From contig JBDHAB010000035.1 of the NCBI GenBank assembly GCA_039588295.1, positions 1-32,575 of the forward strand: 32,575 bases of DNA. The letters are read 5' to 3'. The position numbers and the translations under genes are program-made. The DNA comes from Gemmatimonadota bacterium (GTDB lineage: Bacteria > Gemmatimonadota > Gemmatimonadetes > Gemmatimonadales > GWC2-71-9). The notes beneath the pieces were generated by a model. The model saw nothing but the letters and a program-made list of their open reading frames with translations. It was not told the origin of the DNA and ran no database searches. Every line of letters begins with the position of its first letter. Position 1 is the stretch's first letter. Positions 9,282 to 18,180 of the stretch are shown in pieces.

Positions 9282-10619
9282 ATGGCCACCACCGCGCCCG
9301 GCGCTCCTCCCTCGCGACGCCAGCTTGGCGTTTGGATCTGCACCGCGCTGGTCGTCGGCAACATGATCGGGTCCGGGGTGTTCCTCCTTCCGGCTTCGCT
9401 CGGCTCCTACGGCGGTATCAGCATCGTTGGGTGGGTGGCTAGCACCGGCGGCGCGCTCGCCCTCGCCCTGGTATTCGCACGCTTGAGCCGCATGGTGCCG
9501 CGCACGGGGGGGCCGTACGTGTTCGCCAGACAGGGATTTGGCGACCTGGGCGGTTTCCTGGTGGCGTGGTCGTACTGGATCTCGATCTGGACGACCAATG
9601 CGGCCCTGGCTGTCGCGTTCGTGAGCTATTTGACCGTGTTCGTCCCAACGCTCGCAACGACGCCGATGCTCGCGGCTGCGGTCGCGCTCGCCGCGATCTG
9701 GGGCCTCACCGCGGTAAACGCGGCCGGCGTGCGCTCCGCCGGGGCGGTGCAATTGGTGACGACCGTGATCAAGCTGGTCCCGCTGATCGCTATCAGCACG
9801 CTGGGACTGTTGTGGTTCAACGGCGCGAACTTCCAACCGTTCAACGCGAGCGGCCAGCCGGCGATACCCGCAGTCTCCGCCACGGTCACGCTCACACTCT
9901 GGGCGTTCCTCGGACTCGAGTCCGGCACCGTCCCCGCCGAGAACGTGGTGGATCCGGAGCGAACCATTCCGCGCGCCACCGTGCTCGGCACGCTCATCGC
10001 GTCCGCCGTGTACATCATGGGCACGATTGCGGTGATGGGGATCATCGCGCCCGCGCAACTCGCCACATCTCCGGCCCCCTTCGCCGACGCGGCCAGGTCC
10101 ATCTGGGGATCGTGGGGCGGATACCTGCTCGGTGCGGGTGCCGTCGTGTCGTGCTTCGGCGCGCTCAATGGTTGGATCTTGCTCTCGAGTCAGATTCCGT
10201 TCGCCGCGGCACGAGACGGCTTGCTCCCGTCATCGCTGGCCCGGGTGTCATCGAGGGGGATACCACTCGTGGGGCTCATGGTCTCGAGCATTGTCGCGAC
10301 CGCGCTCACAGTCATGAACTACACTCGGGGGTTGGTGGAGGCTTTCACGTTTCTCATCGTGTTGGCCACGTTGGCCACGCTGGTCCCGTACGTGTTCGCG
10401 AGTCTCGCGGCACTCGTCATCTCCGCCAGGGAGCGAGCCGGACATCGGGCGGCGGCGGCCGGAACGTGGCTCCTTGCACTTGGTGCGTTTGGCTATGCCT
10501 TGTGGGCGATCGCCGGTGCGGGGCGGGACGCGGTGTACTGGGGGTTCTTGCTGATCATCGGCGGTTTGCCGGTTTACGCAGTCATGATGCGACACCGGCG
10601 CCGAGGAGAGACGGGCTAG
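9282..10619 (+). CDS. APC-superfamily amino acid/polyamine permease (AdiC/PotE-like)
   Basis: GNMIGSGVFLLPASL, GGPYV, TLWAFLGLES, DPERTIPRAT and about 12 hydrophobic segments. Start moved to ATG 9282 because the longer ORF overlaps the divergent gene. Confidence 0.92.
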   Translation: MATTAPGAPPSRRQLGVWICTALVVGNMIGSGVFLLPASLGSYGGISIVGWVASTGGALALALVFARLSRMVPRTGGPYVFARQGFGDLGGFLVAWSYWISIWTTNAALAVAFVSYLTVFVPTLATTPMLAAAVALAAIWGLTAVNAAGVRSAGAVQLVTTVIKLVPLIAISTLGLLWFNGANFQPFNASGQPAIPAVSATVTLTLWAFLGLESGTVPAENVVDPERTIPRATVLGTLIASAVYIMGTIAVMGIIAPAQLATSPAPFADAARSIWGSWGGYLLGAGAVVSCFGALNGWILLSSQIPFAAARDGLLPSSLARVSSRGIPLVGLMVSSIVATALTVMNYTRGLVEAFTFLIVLATLATLVPYVFASLAALVISARERAGHRAAAAGTWLLALGAFGYALWAIAGAGRDAVYWGFLLIIGGLPVYAVMMRHRRRGETG

Positions 10620-12169
10620 CCACCCCCCTCCCTTCTCCCACCTACGAACTGTTCAGCCTCGGCACGTTCCGACAGCCCGGCGTCCGCGCTGTGCCAAGTC
10701 TCCGCAAGCGTTGCATACGCCCATGCCGCCGTTTGTTGATCTCCCGTCGCCAACGCAGCTCGACCGAGCCCCAGGAGTGACCGTGCCCGCTTAGGTGCGA
10801 GCTCGAGCGCCCGGGCAAACTCCCGCTGCGCCTCGACTGCACGGCCCTGACCCAGGAGGACCTCGCCCAGCAACTCGTGCGATGGCTTCACGATATCGGG
10901 CGGCCCGTATTCCATGGGCAGTTCATCTTCGATCGCCGTCGCCTCCAGCAAGAGCGCAACGGCCTCCTCAGTGTCGCCCGCATCGAGCAAGAGGGCCGCG
11001 GCCAGCTCTTTCTCGATCACCTCGAGCTTGGCAGCCCGATCGTGCTCCTCTCCCAGCGCTCGAAGCCGTCGGAGTGACGCGTTGGCGAGCGCCCGATCCC
11101 CTCGCTTCAACGCGGCATACCCCACGATGTACGCATCCATCGCCCGCGCCGTCGGCCAGGTGTCGGTCAGATCCAGCTCCCACTGGAGCGACGCGTCGTC
11201 CCAGCGTTCAGTGTTGACGACGTGATGCGCCCGCATAGTCACCATGTACGAGCGGCCGCCCTCGGTGCTGCGCTTCGACAAGTTCTCGTGCGCTTGCGCG
11301 ACGTACTTCTCAGCCGCCCGGAAACGACCCTGCTGCGCGAGACCGTAGGTGAGCCACGACGTGTAATGTCCCGGCCCCCACCATGTCAGATTTGCCGAAA
11401 GCGTGTTCTGGGACACGACGTCGTCCCACATCCCGAGCGCGACGAAAATGTGGGTGGTCATATGCTGCGCGTGAGCCGCGTCAGGCGCGATACCCGAATA
11501 GGCGCGCGCCGCCCGAAGCCCAAGTGGCGCGTGAATGGGATCGTCGTACGAGTGGATCATGTAGTGGGCGGCGCCGGGGTGGTTCGGGTTCTCCCGGAAG
11601 ACCTCCTCCGCGATTGCCGCGGCTCGCATGTAGCTCGAGAAGACACGCGTCGTTCCGCTCAGACCGAGAATCGACAGCGAGTAGAACGCGCGCGCTTCGT
11701 GATCGCGGGGATACCGTTCCGCGAGCCCCCGCATCGCCTGCATGTACGCGGTGTCGCGCTCTGCCTTGGGGCCGTCGGCCCACAATGCTTCCACCGCATC
11801 GAGGAACATCCGCTCCCGCTCAGTTGGTGCCTTGGTGCGGCGGGCCTCAGGGGTTGGTGCAAGCCGGCTGAGCGCCGTGCGCGCCGCCTGCTCATCCCGC
11901 TCACCCCACAGCGTGTGGTTGTAGGTCATGGCCTCGCCCCAGTAGGCCATCACGAAGTCGGGGTCGGCCTTCTGCGCACGGCGGAAGGCCTCCGCAGCAT
12001 CGCCGTATTCGAAGCTGTGCAGGTAGAGCGCGCCACGGACAAAGTGCCGCTGCGCTTCGGGAGCGCCGGACGTGGGGAACTCGATGCTGCCGAGTTGGGG
12101 CTCCTGAGCGTGGACGCCGCCAACATGCGCGAGCGCGATGGCGCCCACCAACAGAGTGCGGTGGCTCAC
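10616..12169 (-). CDS. secreted TPR-repeat protein with His-rich motifs
   Basis: GTG after AGAGGGA. Signal ending VHA-QE, AQRHFVRG..LHSFEY..A, HPGAAHYMIH, HAQHMTTHIF, C-terminal TPRs. Confidence 0.85.
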   Translation of the reverse strand: MSHRTLLVGAIALAHVGGVHAQEPQLGSIEFPTSGAPEAQRHFVRGALYLHSFEYGDAAEAFRRAQKADPDFVMAYWGEAMTYNHTLWGERDEQAARTALSRLAPTPEARRTKAPTERERMFLDAVEALWADGPKAERDTAYMQAMRGLAERYPRDHEARAFYSLSILGLSGTTRVFSSYMRAAAIAEEVFRENPNHPGAAHYMIHSYDDPIHAPLGLRAARAYSGIAPDAAHAQHMTTHIFVALGMWDDVVSQNTLSANLTWWGPGHYTSWLTYGLAQQGRFRAAEKYVAQAHENLSKRSTEGGRSYMVTMRAHHVVNTERWDDASLQWELDLTDTWPTARAMDAYIVGYAALKRGDRALANASLRRLRALGEEHDRAAKLEVIEKELAAALLLDAGDTEEAVALLLEATAIEDELPMEYGPPDIVKPSHELLGEVLLGQGRAVEAQREFARALELAPKRARSLLGLGRAALATGDQQTAAWAYATLAETWHSADAGLSERAEAEQFVGGRREGGG

Positions 12170-12483
12170 TGGATGATCCCTCTTGCGCGGCCTGCAAGTG
12201 CCGCGGCTGGTACGGGCCCGGTCAAAGGCCGTGTGATTGGCTCGCCAGCTGTCGCTGAGGCCAGGCAAGTGCTGGAGACCCCGGAAGCTTCAGTCTCCGA
12301 TAATAACGGTCGCCTTTAGCGCTGACCACCCCTGGAGCCGTCGGTGCTGGGAACCTCTTCCCCCCGACCTGGCCTCTCGCAATTCGCATGGCGCGGTGCA
12401 AGCTCCCGACCCAGTCCGGAACTGGACGCCGTGTGCAATGCCACAACCCGTTGCCATACAGATGGTTACGACACACCCAGCAG

Positions 12484-12498
12484 CGGCATGCTGCTTGC
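12484..12498 (+). promoter_or_regulatory. candidate sigma-54 (-24/-12) promoter
   Basis: CGGCATGCTGCTTGC has GG-N10-GC spacing and is close to the TGGCACG-N4-TTGC consensus. It lies about 87 nt before the GTG at 12585 in a roughly 415-bp divergent intergenic region. Confidence 0.45.
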
Positions 12499-12584
12499 GA
12501 TTCCCATTGTTGCTGCGGGGCGTGTGCAAGGCCGTCTCGCTCAGGCGTCACCAGAATCCGAAGGCTACCCGGAGAGAGTTCCTC

Positions 12585-13163
12585 GTGCGCTTGCTGTACC
12601 TGGTTGGCTTCACCTACGTGGCGATATGCGCGTACGCCGTGCTCCGCGGCTCGGCCCCGGCCGCAGACCCCGACGGCACGGCGTATTTCGTCATGGCCGA
12701 TCCAACGCAGGACGGCGAGGTGTGGTTCAGTCAGGCGAAGGCCTACTGCAATACCCTCGAGGTCGAGACGATCCACCGACGGATGCCCCCACCCGAGTCG
12801 ACGGGCGGCACGGGGTTCAGCGCCGCCTGCTGGGCGTTGGCCGGACGGATCGATGAGGCACGCGACCTGATCCTTGGACTCCAAGGCGATGACCGCTGGA
12901 AAGCGGCCGGCATCGTGTTCGCCATCGGGCACCCGATCGCCGACATGGGTGACGACCGGTCGGCCGGTCCGATCATGGAGCTCGTAATCGAGTTCTGGCC
13001 CAATCACTATCAGGCGCTCTACCACGCAGGCGCGGCGCGCTTCACACTCGGCGACGTCGAGCTCGCCGAGAAACACCTGCGAGAGTTTCTGATGTACTAC
13101 GACAACAACGACGGCTGGACACGGAGCGCCAAGCGGATGCTCAAGGAGATCGAGTCCCTATGA
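12585..13163 (+). CDS. hypothetical membrane-anchored helical/TPR-like protein
   Basis: GTG after GGAGAGAG, N-terminal hydrophobic helix, TPR-like end (WPNHYQALYHAGAARFTLGDVELAEKHL). Stop overlaps the next ATG (ATGA). Start is inferred. Confidence 0.75.
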   Translation: MRLLYLVGFTYVAICAYAVLRGSAPAADPDGTAYFVMADPTQDGEVWFSQAKAYCNTLEVETIHRRMPPPESTGGTGFSAACWALAGRIDEARDLILGLQGDDRWKAAGIVFAIGHPIADMGDDRSAGPIMELVIEFWPNHYQALYHAGAARFTLGDVELAEKHLREFLMYYDNNDGWTRSAKRMLKEIESL

Positions 13164-14131
13164 GCGACGAATCCGCGAACACCTGCGTCATTTGCGGCGC
13201 CGCCGAACCGTTCGGTCTGAGCGTGTGCCCCGCCTGCGGCGGAACGGCACACGCGGTGGGCGATACCCTGATCTTCGTACAGACCGCCGAGGCCCGACGT
13301 GACAAGCGTCGCGTAGCAGAAGCGTTGGAGCCGCTGCTCACTGGTCGTGCGCATGTCGAGGAACGCAGCTTGGTGGCGGCCGGTCACCGAGCACTCATTC
13401 GCGTTCCTCGTGCGTCCGCCGACACGGTCGTGCGACATCTCGCGCTGCGAGACGTGCCAGCCGTCGCCCGGACGGCACGGACGGCGTGGGCTTCGGCACC
13501 GGTTTCTTTCTACGCGGTGCTGATCGCGATGGTGCTGGTGGGAACGTGGGCGGGACGCTTGGCCGAGCCCTTCCTGCTGTGGACCAGCCCGCTCATGGCA
13601 CTCGTGCTGCTGCTGGCCGCGCAGCTACGATTGCAGAACCCGGCGATCACGACACCCGAGCGACGCGCCGTCTTCCCAACCCAAATCGACAAGCTCGTCG
13701 TTTCGACTCTCGCGCAACTTCCGCTCGGCGACGCGCGGGATCTTCTGGCCCGTCTGGTACGTTCGGCAGAGCCGGTGTACGGCGCGCTGCACCGCGTGCC
13801 GGCGGGAGGGACCCGGCCACGGGATGTCGAGCGGCTCCTCACCCACGCCTGTCGGGCCGCTATCGATCTGTCCGATCTCGAACGGAGTCTCACGGTGCTC
13901 GGCAGCGATCCCGGCGTCGAGCGCGTGACGGTACTCCGGGACGGACTGGCGGACCGATTCCGCCAGGGAATCAGCGTGCTGTATCGCCTGCGCGCCGAGG
14001 CGGTGGATGCGGACCCGGCCGCCGTGGAGCTGGCGGAACTGTTGGAAGCGCTGGACACCGAAGCGGACGCTTACGCCGAGGCGCGGCAAGAGGTCACCGC
14101 CCTGCTACGAGAGAGCCCCGCAGCCGACTGA
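13160..14131 (+). CDS. hypothetical membrane protein with N-terminal zinc ribbon
   Basis: CVIC..CPAC, two central hydrophobic helices and a helical/coiled-coil C-terminus. Translationally coupled to the upstream gene. Confidence 0.75.
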   Translation: MSDESANTCVICGAAEPFGLSVCPACGGTAHAVGDTLIFVQTAEARRDKRRVAEALEPLLTGRAHVEERSLVAAGHRALIRVPRASADTVVRHLALRDVPAVARTARTAWASAPVSFYAVLIAMVLVGTWAGRLAEPFLLWTSPLMALVLLLAAQLRLQNPAITTPERRAVFPTQIDKLVVSTLAQLPLGDARDLLARLVRSAEPVYGALHRVPAGGTRPRDVERLLTHACRAAIDLSDLERSLTVLGSDPGVERVTVLRDGLADRFRQGISVLYRLRAEAVDADPAAVELAELLEALDTEADAYAEARQEVTALLRESPAAD

Positions 14132-14170
14132 CCGCGGGGCTTCACGTGCTGTACCATCTAGCCTGAACGC

Positions 14171-15346
14171 TTACGAATCCACCCGATATCGCTCGAGCCA
14201 CATCAAGTCGTATTCGTCGACGCGCGCCAGGTAGACGCTTTCCGTGCCGAACCCAACAATGCGCCGACCTTCCGGAAGCACGATACGCTTGGTGTGCTGT
14301 GCGTGGCGGTCGAACACATCGAACGTCGGTGGGTCACCGGCACGAACCGAGCGCGCCGCCCACAGCTCGCCCCACGGTGTCGCGAACACGTCGCCGGCTT
14401 GGAACGGCGGCATCACGTCAGGCCACTCGAGGTCGTCCACGTTTCCCGCCGCGCGCCGGCCGGGACCCCGACGGAACGTCGTTCGGATCTGGCCGTTCTG
14501 GTTCTCGACGCCGATCATCAGGCCGCTGCGCCCGCTCTCCTCCGCCCACGCCTCTTTCTCCGCGCTCCCGACCTTCACCGGCTTGTAGGAGACGGGTGAC
14601 CCCCGCACGACGTGTCCGTCAGGGGTGACCCACTCAACGTGGTAGTCGGCTGCCCGAACCACGCCGATCCAACCGTCCCATGAGACGGCCCACGCATCAC
14701 GCGGCGTCATCGGTTTCGGTCGCATCTGCACCGACTGGTTGTTCGGTCCGCCGCTGCGCGACATTTCAATGTCCTCGAGCTTGACCTGGGCCGCGGTCTC
14801 CTCAACATCGGTGGCGGGATCCCACCGCAACACCGCCGCCGAATCACGCAGCGATCCATCGGGCCGCATTCGCCCCGCGGCCTGATAGTAGAGCCGCCCG
14901 CTCGAGTCGGTGCCACGCGGCAGTCGGATCGACAGCGCCCCCGGCCGCGGTTCACCCTGGGCAATGGGTGCCGTGCGTCCGAACGCAAAATCCGGTCCTA
15001 GCACGGTGAGCCGACCGTTTCCGAGATCCACCAGCAGCGTGGAGTCACCGGGCATGGCAAACAGCCCATCGGGCTGCATGTACTCACGGGGGCCTCGACC
15101 CTCTCGGCCAATGGTATCGGCGGTTCCGGCGGCCAAATCCAGAATGGCCACGGCCTGGCCGAGCCCATCGGCAACCATCACGCGGCCGTCTGGTAGCTCC
15201 CGCACGCCGCGGAGGAAGCTGAACTCTTGGGCGAAGGTTGCGTCGGGTCTTGTGAGGCGTCGCTCCGGCACCTGCGCGTGCACCGGATTCCACCACGAGA
15301 CTCCAAGCAACACGACTCCCAGGGCTGCGATTCGTTTGCCCTGCAC
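14171..15346 (-). CDS. secreted 6-bladed beta-propeller (NHL-like) protein
   Basis: GTG after AGGAGG. Signal peptide ..VHA-QV, LPDGRVMVAD, IGREGRGPREY..P, GDSTLLVDLGNGRL, G.LW, FDVFD.. Confidence 0.85.
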   Translation of the reverse strand: MQGKRIAALGVVLLGVSWWNPVHAQVPERRLTRPDATFAQEFSFLRGVRELPDGRVMVADGLGQAVAILDLAAGTADTIGREGRGPREYMQPDGLFAMPGDSTLLVDLGNGRLTVLGPDFAFGRTAPIAQGEPRPGALSIRLPRGTDSSGRLYYQAAGRMRPDGSLRDSAAVLRWDPATDVEETAAQVKLEDIEMSRSGGPNNQSVQMRPKPMTPRDAWAVSWDGWIGVVRAADYHVEWVTPDGHVVRGSPVSYKPVKVGSAEKEAWAEESGRSGLMIGVENQNGQIRTTFRRGPGRRAAGNVDDLEWPDVMPPFQAGDVFATPWGELWAARSVRAGDPPTFDVFDRHAQHTKRIVLPEGRRIVGFGTESVYLARVDEYDLMWLERYRVDS

Positions 15347-15644
15347 CGTTCTACCTCCTGATCGAGCCGATGCCGATCCTATGGACCATCGTTCTGAGGA
15401 TACCGTCGACGCCTTCCAGGATGCGCAAGACCCCACCAAGGTCGCGTCCGGTTAGAAGTGAGCGGATGCAGCGTCAGCTGCTGAGTCGGGGGTCAGGATT
15501 ACGGCGCTGGCCGACGCGCGGTCTGTGGTACGCACTTCGAGGTACGCCGATCAGGGCGCGCGGATGAATGGTCAACCGCTTTGCTACCTCAAGTGAGCGC
15601 CGAACGAGTGGCGAGAAGGCGAGCACCGATGTTGCTGAGATCGC

Positions 15645-16868
15645 TCAGCGGCCCTGATCCAGTGACTGCAGAAAGAGTACGAGGTCCGCCATCTCGGTGG
15701 CGGTGAATGTCGGCCAGGCACGACTGCCACCGACGGCCTCCGCGTCCACACGCGTGTGGTTCCATAACGCGGCGATCACGGCCGCGGGCGAACTCAGTCC
15801 GCGGACGGCGGCGATATCCCCGCCCACCGATTCACGCTGTCCACGCAACGAATGGCAGGCAAGGCACCCCTTCTCACGCAGCCGACGTGGGCCGCGGTCG
15901 GGGCTGCCCGTTTCGGTAAAGTACTGCAGCGAATAGAGATAGCCCACGAGATCGGCCATTTCCTCGGGTTCCAGCTGCGGCACCGACACTCCCCGCGCCC
16001 GCATCGCCCGCATCATCTGCGGCGCCTTGTTCCACATCGCAGCCGCAAAACTGATGAGGCTGCTGTGAGCCCGACGCTCAGCGAGGTCAGGTGCAAGCCG
16101 GCCTCCTGACCCTCCAACCGCATGACACGAACTGCACCCTCGTTCCACGAACACCCGGCGCCCATCGCCCGCCAGACCCGGGAGGACGTACAGGGGGCCC
16201 GCGAGATGTTGTGGCTTGTCTGATTCGAGATACGCGATGAGATCAGCCAACTCAGCGCCCGTGAAGCGCGGACGCCTGATCCCTTGCTCCGCCATCGCGG
16301 TGCTCATAGCCGGTCCGTGATTCCACATGGCTGCCGCGACCTGAATGGGCGCAGCGTACCTGACGCGCGTGCCAAGATCGGGGCCAAATACCCCTCCCAC
16401 GCCGCCGCCTTGGTGGCACATCACACATTGCTTGTCGGCAAACAGCTTCCCTCCCCGCTCGACATCACCTGGCGCGTCGAAGTAGTCGAGCGTGTAGAGG
16501 AATGCCATGAGGTCACCCGTTTCCCGCTCGTTCAAGCGGGGCGGGTCGAGGTCTCGCTCGCGCATTCGCTCGACCATGCGGGGTCGGTGGTTCCACATGG
16601 CGGCGGCGAGTTCGTAGAAGGTCCGCGCTTTCGGCCGCTGTGCGAGGTCGGGTCCCTCGGTGCCTCCCAACCCGTCGATCGCATGGCACTCGACGCAGTT
16701 CTTGGAACCGAAGACTCGCGCACCTGCGATTGCGCTTTGTGTCGAGGTCGTTCGCGTCTGGGCCTGTAGAGACCAGGTTACCGGAAGTACAAGAAGGATC
16801 GCGGTCCAGACCGCGATCTCTGCGGCTCGCCTACCGAGCTGGAGTCCGTTCGCCACCTTGACCCGCAT
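15645..16868 (-). CDS. tetraheme c-type cytochrome (four tandem class-I-like domains), paralog A
   Basis: CVECH, CVMCH, CSSCH, CLACH, each followed by a GPDL-like motif and WNH/WNH/WNK/WNH. N-terminal signal/anchor. ATG after GGGAGGG. Confidence 0.92.
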   Translation of the reverse strand: MRVKVANGLQLGRRAAEIAVWTAILLVLPVTWSLQAQTRTTSTQSAIAGARVFGSKNCVECHAIDGLGGTEGPDLAQRPKARTFYELAAAMWNHRPRMVERMRERDLDPPRLNERETGDLMAFLYTLDYFDAPGDVERGGKLFADKQCVMCHQGGGVGGVFGPDLGTRVRYAAPIQVAAAMWNHGPAMSTAMAEQGIRRPRFTGAELADLIAYLESDKPQHLAGPLYVLPGLAGDGRRVFVERGCSSCHAVGGSGGRLAPDLAERRAHSSLISFAAAMWNKAPQMMRAMRARGVSVPQLEPEEMADLVGYLYSLQYFTETGSPDRGPRRLREKGCLACHSLRGQRESVGGDIAAVRGLSSPAAVIAALWNHTRVDAEAVGGSRAWPTFTATEMADLVLFLQSLDQGR

Positions 16869-16962
16869 GCTCCGGCCCTCCCGTGCGATGAGCGTGATTG
16901 CCGGCGGGTCACACCCCGCCAGGCTCCCATCCTCCCGGAGGTACTTCCCCCGACTAGTACCC

Positions 16963-18180
16963 CTACGGTTCCTCTGAAGCAAGGCTCCGGAGAAAAACCG
17001 CCAGGTCTCGCATCTCGTCGTGTTCGAACCGGGGCCAGTCGGCATGGGCCACCTGAATCTGATCGTACATGGCTGGCGCGTGGTCCCACATCGCCGTCGC
17101 AAGTCCGATGGCCGTCAGCACCGCCTCCGACTGCGACAGATCGGGCCCCACCGACGGTTGGCCACCCGACGCGTGACATGCCGTGCAACCCTTTTCTGTG
17201 AACAAGCGCTCGCCGGCACGCCGATCCCCCGCCGTCTCGTAGAATCGCAGGTAGTAGAGAAACGCGATCACGTCCGCCATTTCACTGCCCCGAAACTCCG
17301 GAAACGTTATGTCCCTGGCCTGCATGGCCGCGGCCATCGTCGACTGGTGGTTCCACAGCTGCCCCGCAATCTCGGAGACCCGCAGTCGCTCCGTCGCCGC
17401 TCGCAGGTCGGGTCCGTACGACGTGCCGCGGCCGTCAGGCCCGTGGCAGCGTACACATTGCTTGACCGCGAAGAGACGCCGGCCGTTGGTCGGGTTCGGA
17501 GGCTGCAGCAGCACCATGTCCCTCCCTCGCAGCGTCGACTGCGCCCGGATGTAGGCCTGGATGTCGGCAATCTCTCGGCCAAGGAAGGTCAGCGCCCGCC
17601 CCCGCTGAGCGGACTGCTGCCGCTGCATGGCCGGACCGTGGTTCCACAATCCTTGGGCCAGCGTGATCGGGGCGATGTACCGCGCATAGGGATCCAGCGC
17701 CACGGCCGTGGTGCCGCCCACGCCGCCGACGGCATGACACTCCACACAGCCCTTCTCACCGAACCACCGCTCTCCGAATACCGGATCCCCCGGTTCGTCA
17801 AACAGCTTCACGTAGTAAATGAAGCTGATGATGTCGGCCAGTTCCTCCTCCGAGAATGTCGGCCACGCGAAACCCCGCTCCCGCACCGTCTCGATCATCC
17901 TCGGTGTATGGTTCCAGAACATCCCAGCGAGCTGTGGCAGACTACGACCGGCCCCGACCGTTGCGAAATCGGGTCCGAGTGTACCGCCACTGCCCCAGAT
18001 CGCGTGGCACCGCACACAGCGACGCTCGATGAACAGTCGTCGACCGGCGGTGGGATCCCCTGGAAAGCCGGCAGCGGATTGTGCCTGAGCTGATGATACC
18101 GCCGCGAGCAATATCCCCACGAACATCGGGGCCGTGCCAAGCCACCCACGTGCCGGGAAGTGCAAGCGTCGCGGGATCAT
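16963..18180 (-). CDS. tetraheme c-type cytochrome (four tandem class-I-like domains), paralog B
   Basis: CVRCH, CVECH, CVRCH, CTACH with WNH/WNH/WNH/WDH. Signal peptide ..SAQA. ATG overlaps the stop of the NrfD gene. Confidence 0.93.
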   Translation of the reverse strand: MIPRRLHFPARGWLGTAPMFVGILLAAVSSAQAQSAAGFPGDPTAGRRLFIERRCVRCHAIWGSGGTLGPDFATVGAGRSLPQLAGMFWNHTPRMIETVRERGFAWPTFSEEELADIISFIYYVKLFDEPGDPVFGERWFGEKGCVECHAVGGVGGTTAVALDPYARYIAPITLAQGLWNHGPAMQRQQSAQRGRALTFLGREIADIQAYIRAQSTLRGRDMVLLQPPNPTNGRRLFAVKQCVRCHGPDGRGTSYGPDLRAATERLRVSEIAGQLWNHQSTMAAAMQARDITFPEFRGSEMADVIAFLYYLRFYETAGDRRAGERLFTEKGCTACHASGGQPSVGPDLSQSEAVLTAIGLATAMWDHAPAMYDQIQVAHADWPRFEHDEMRDLAVFLRSLASEEP

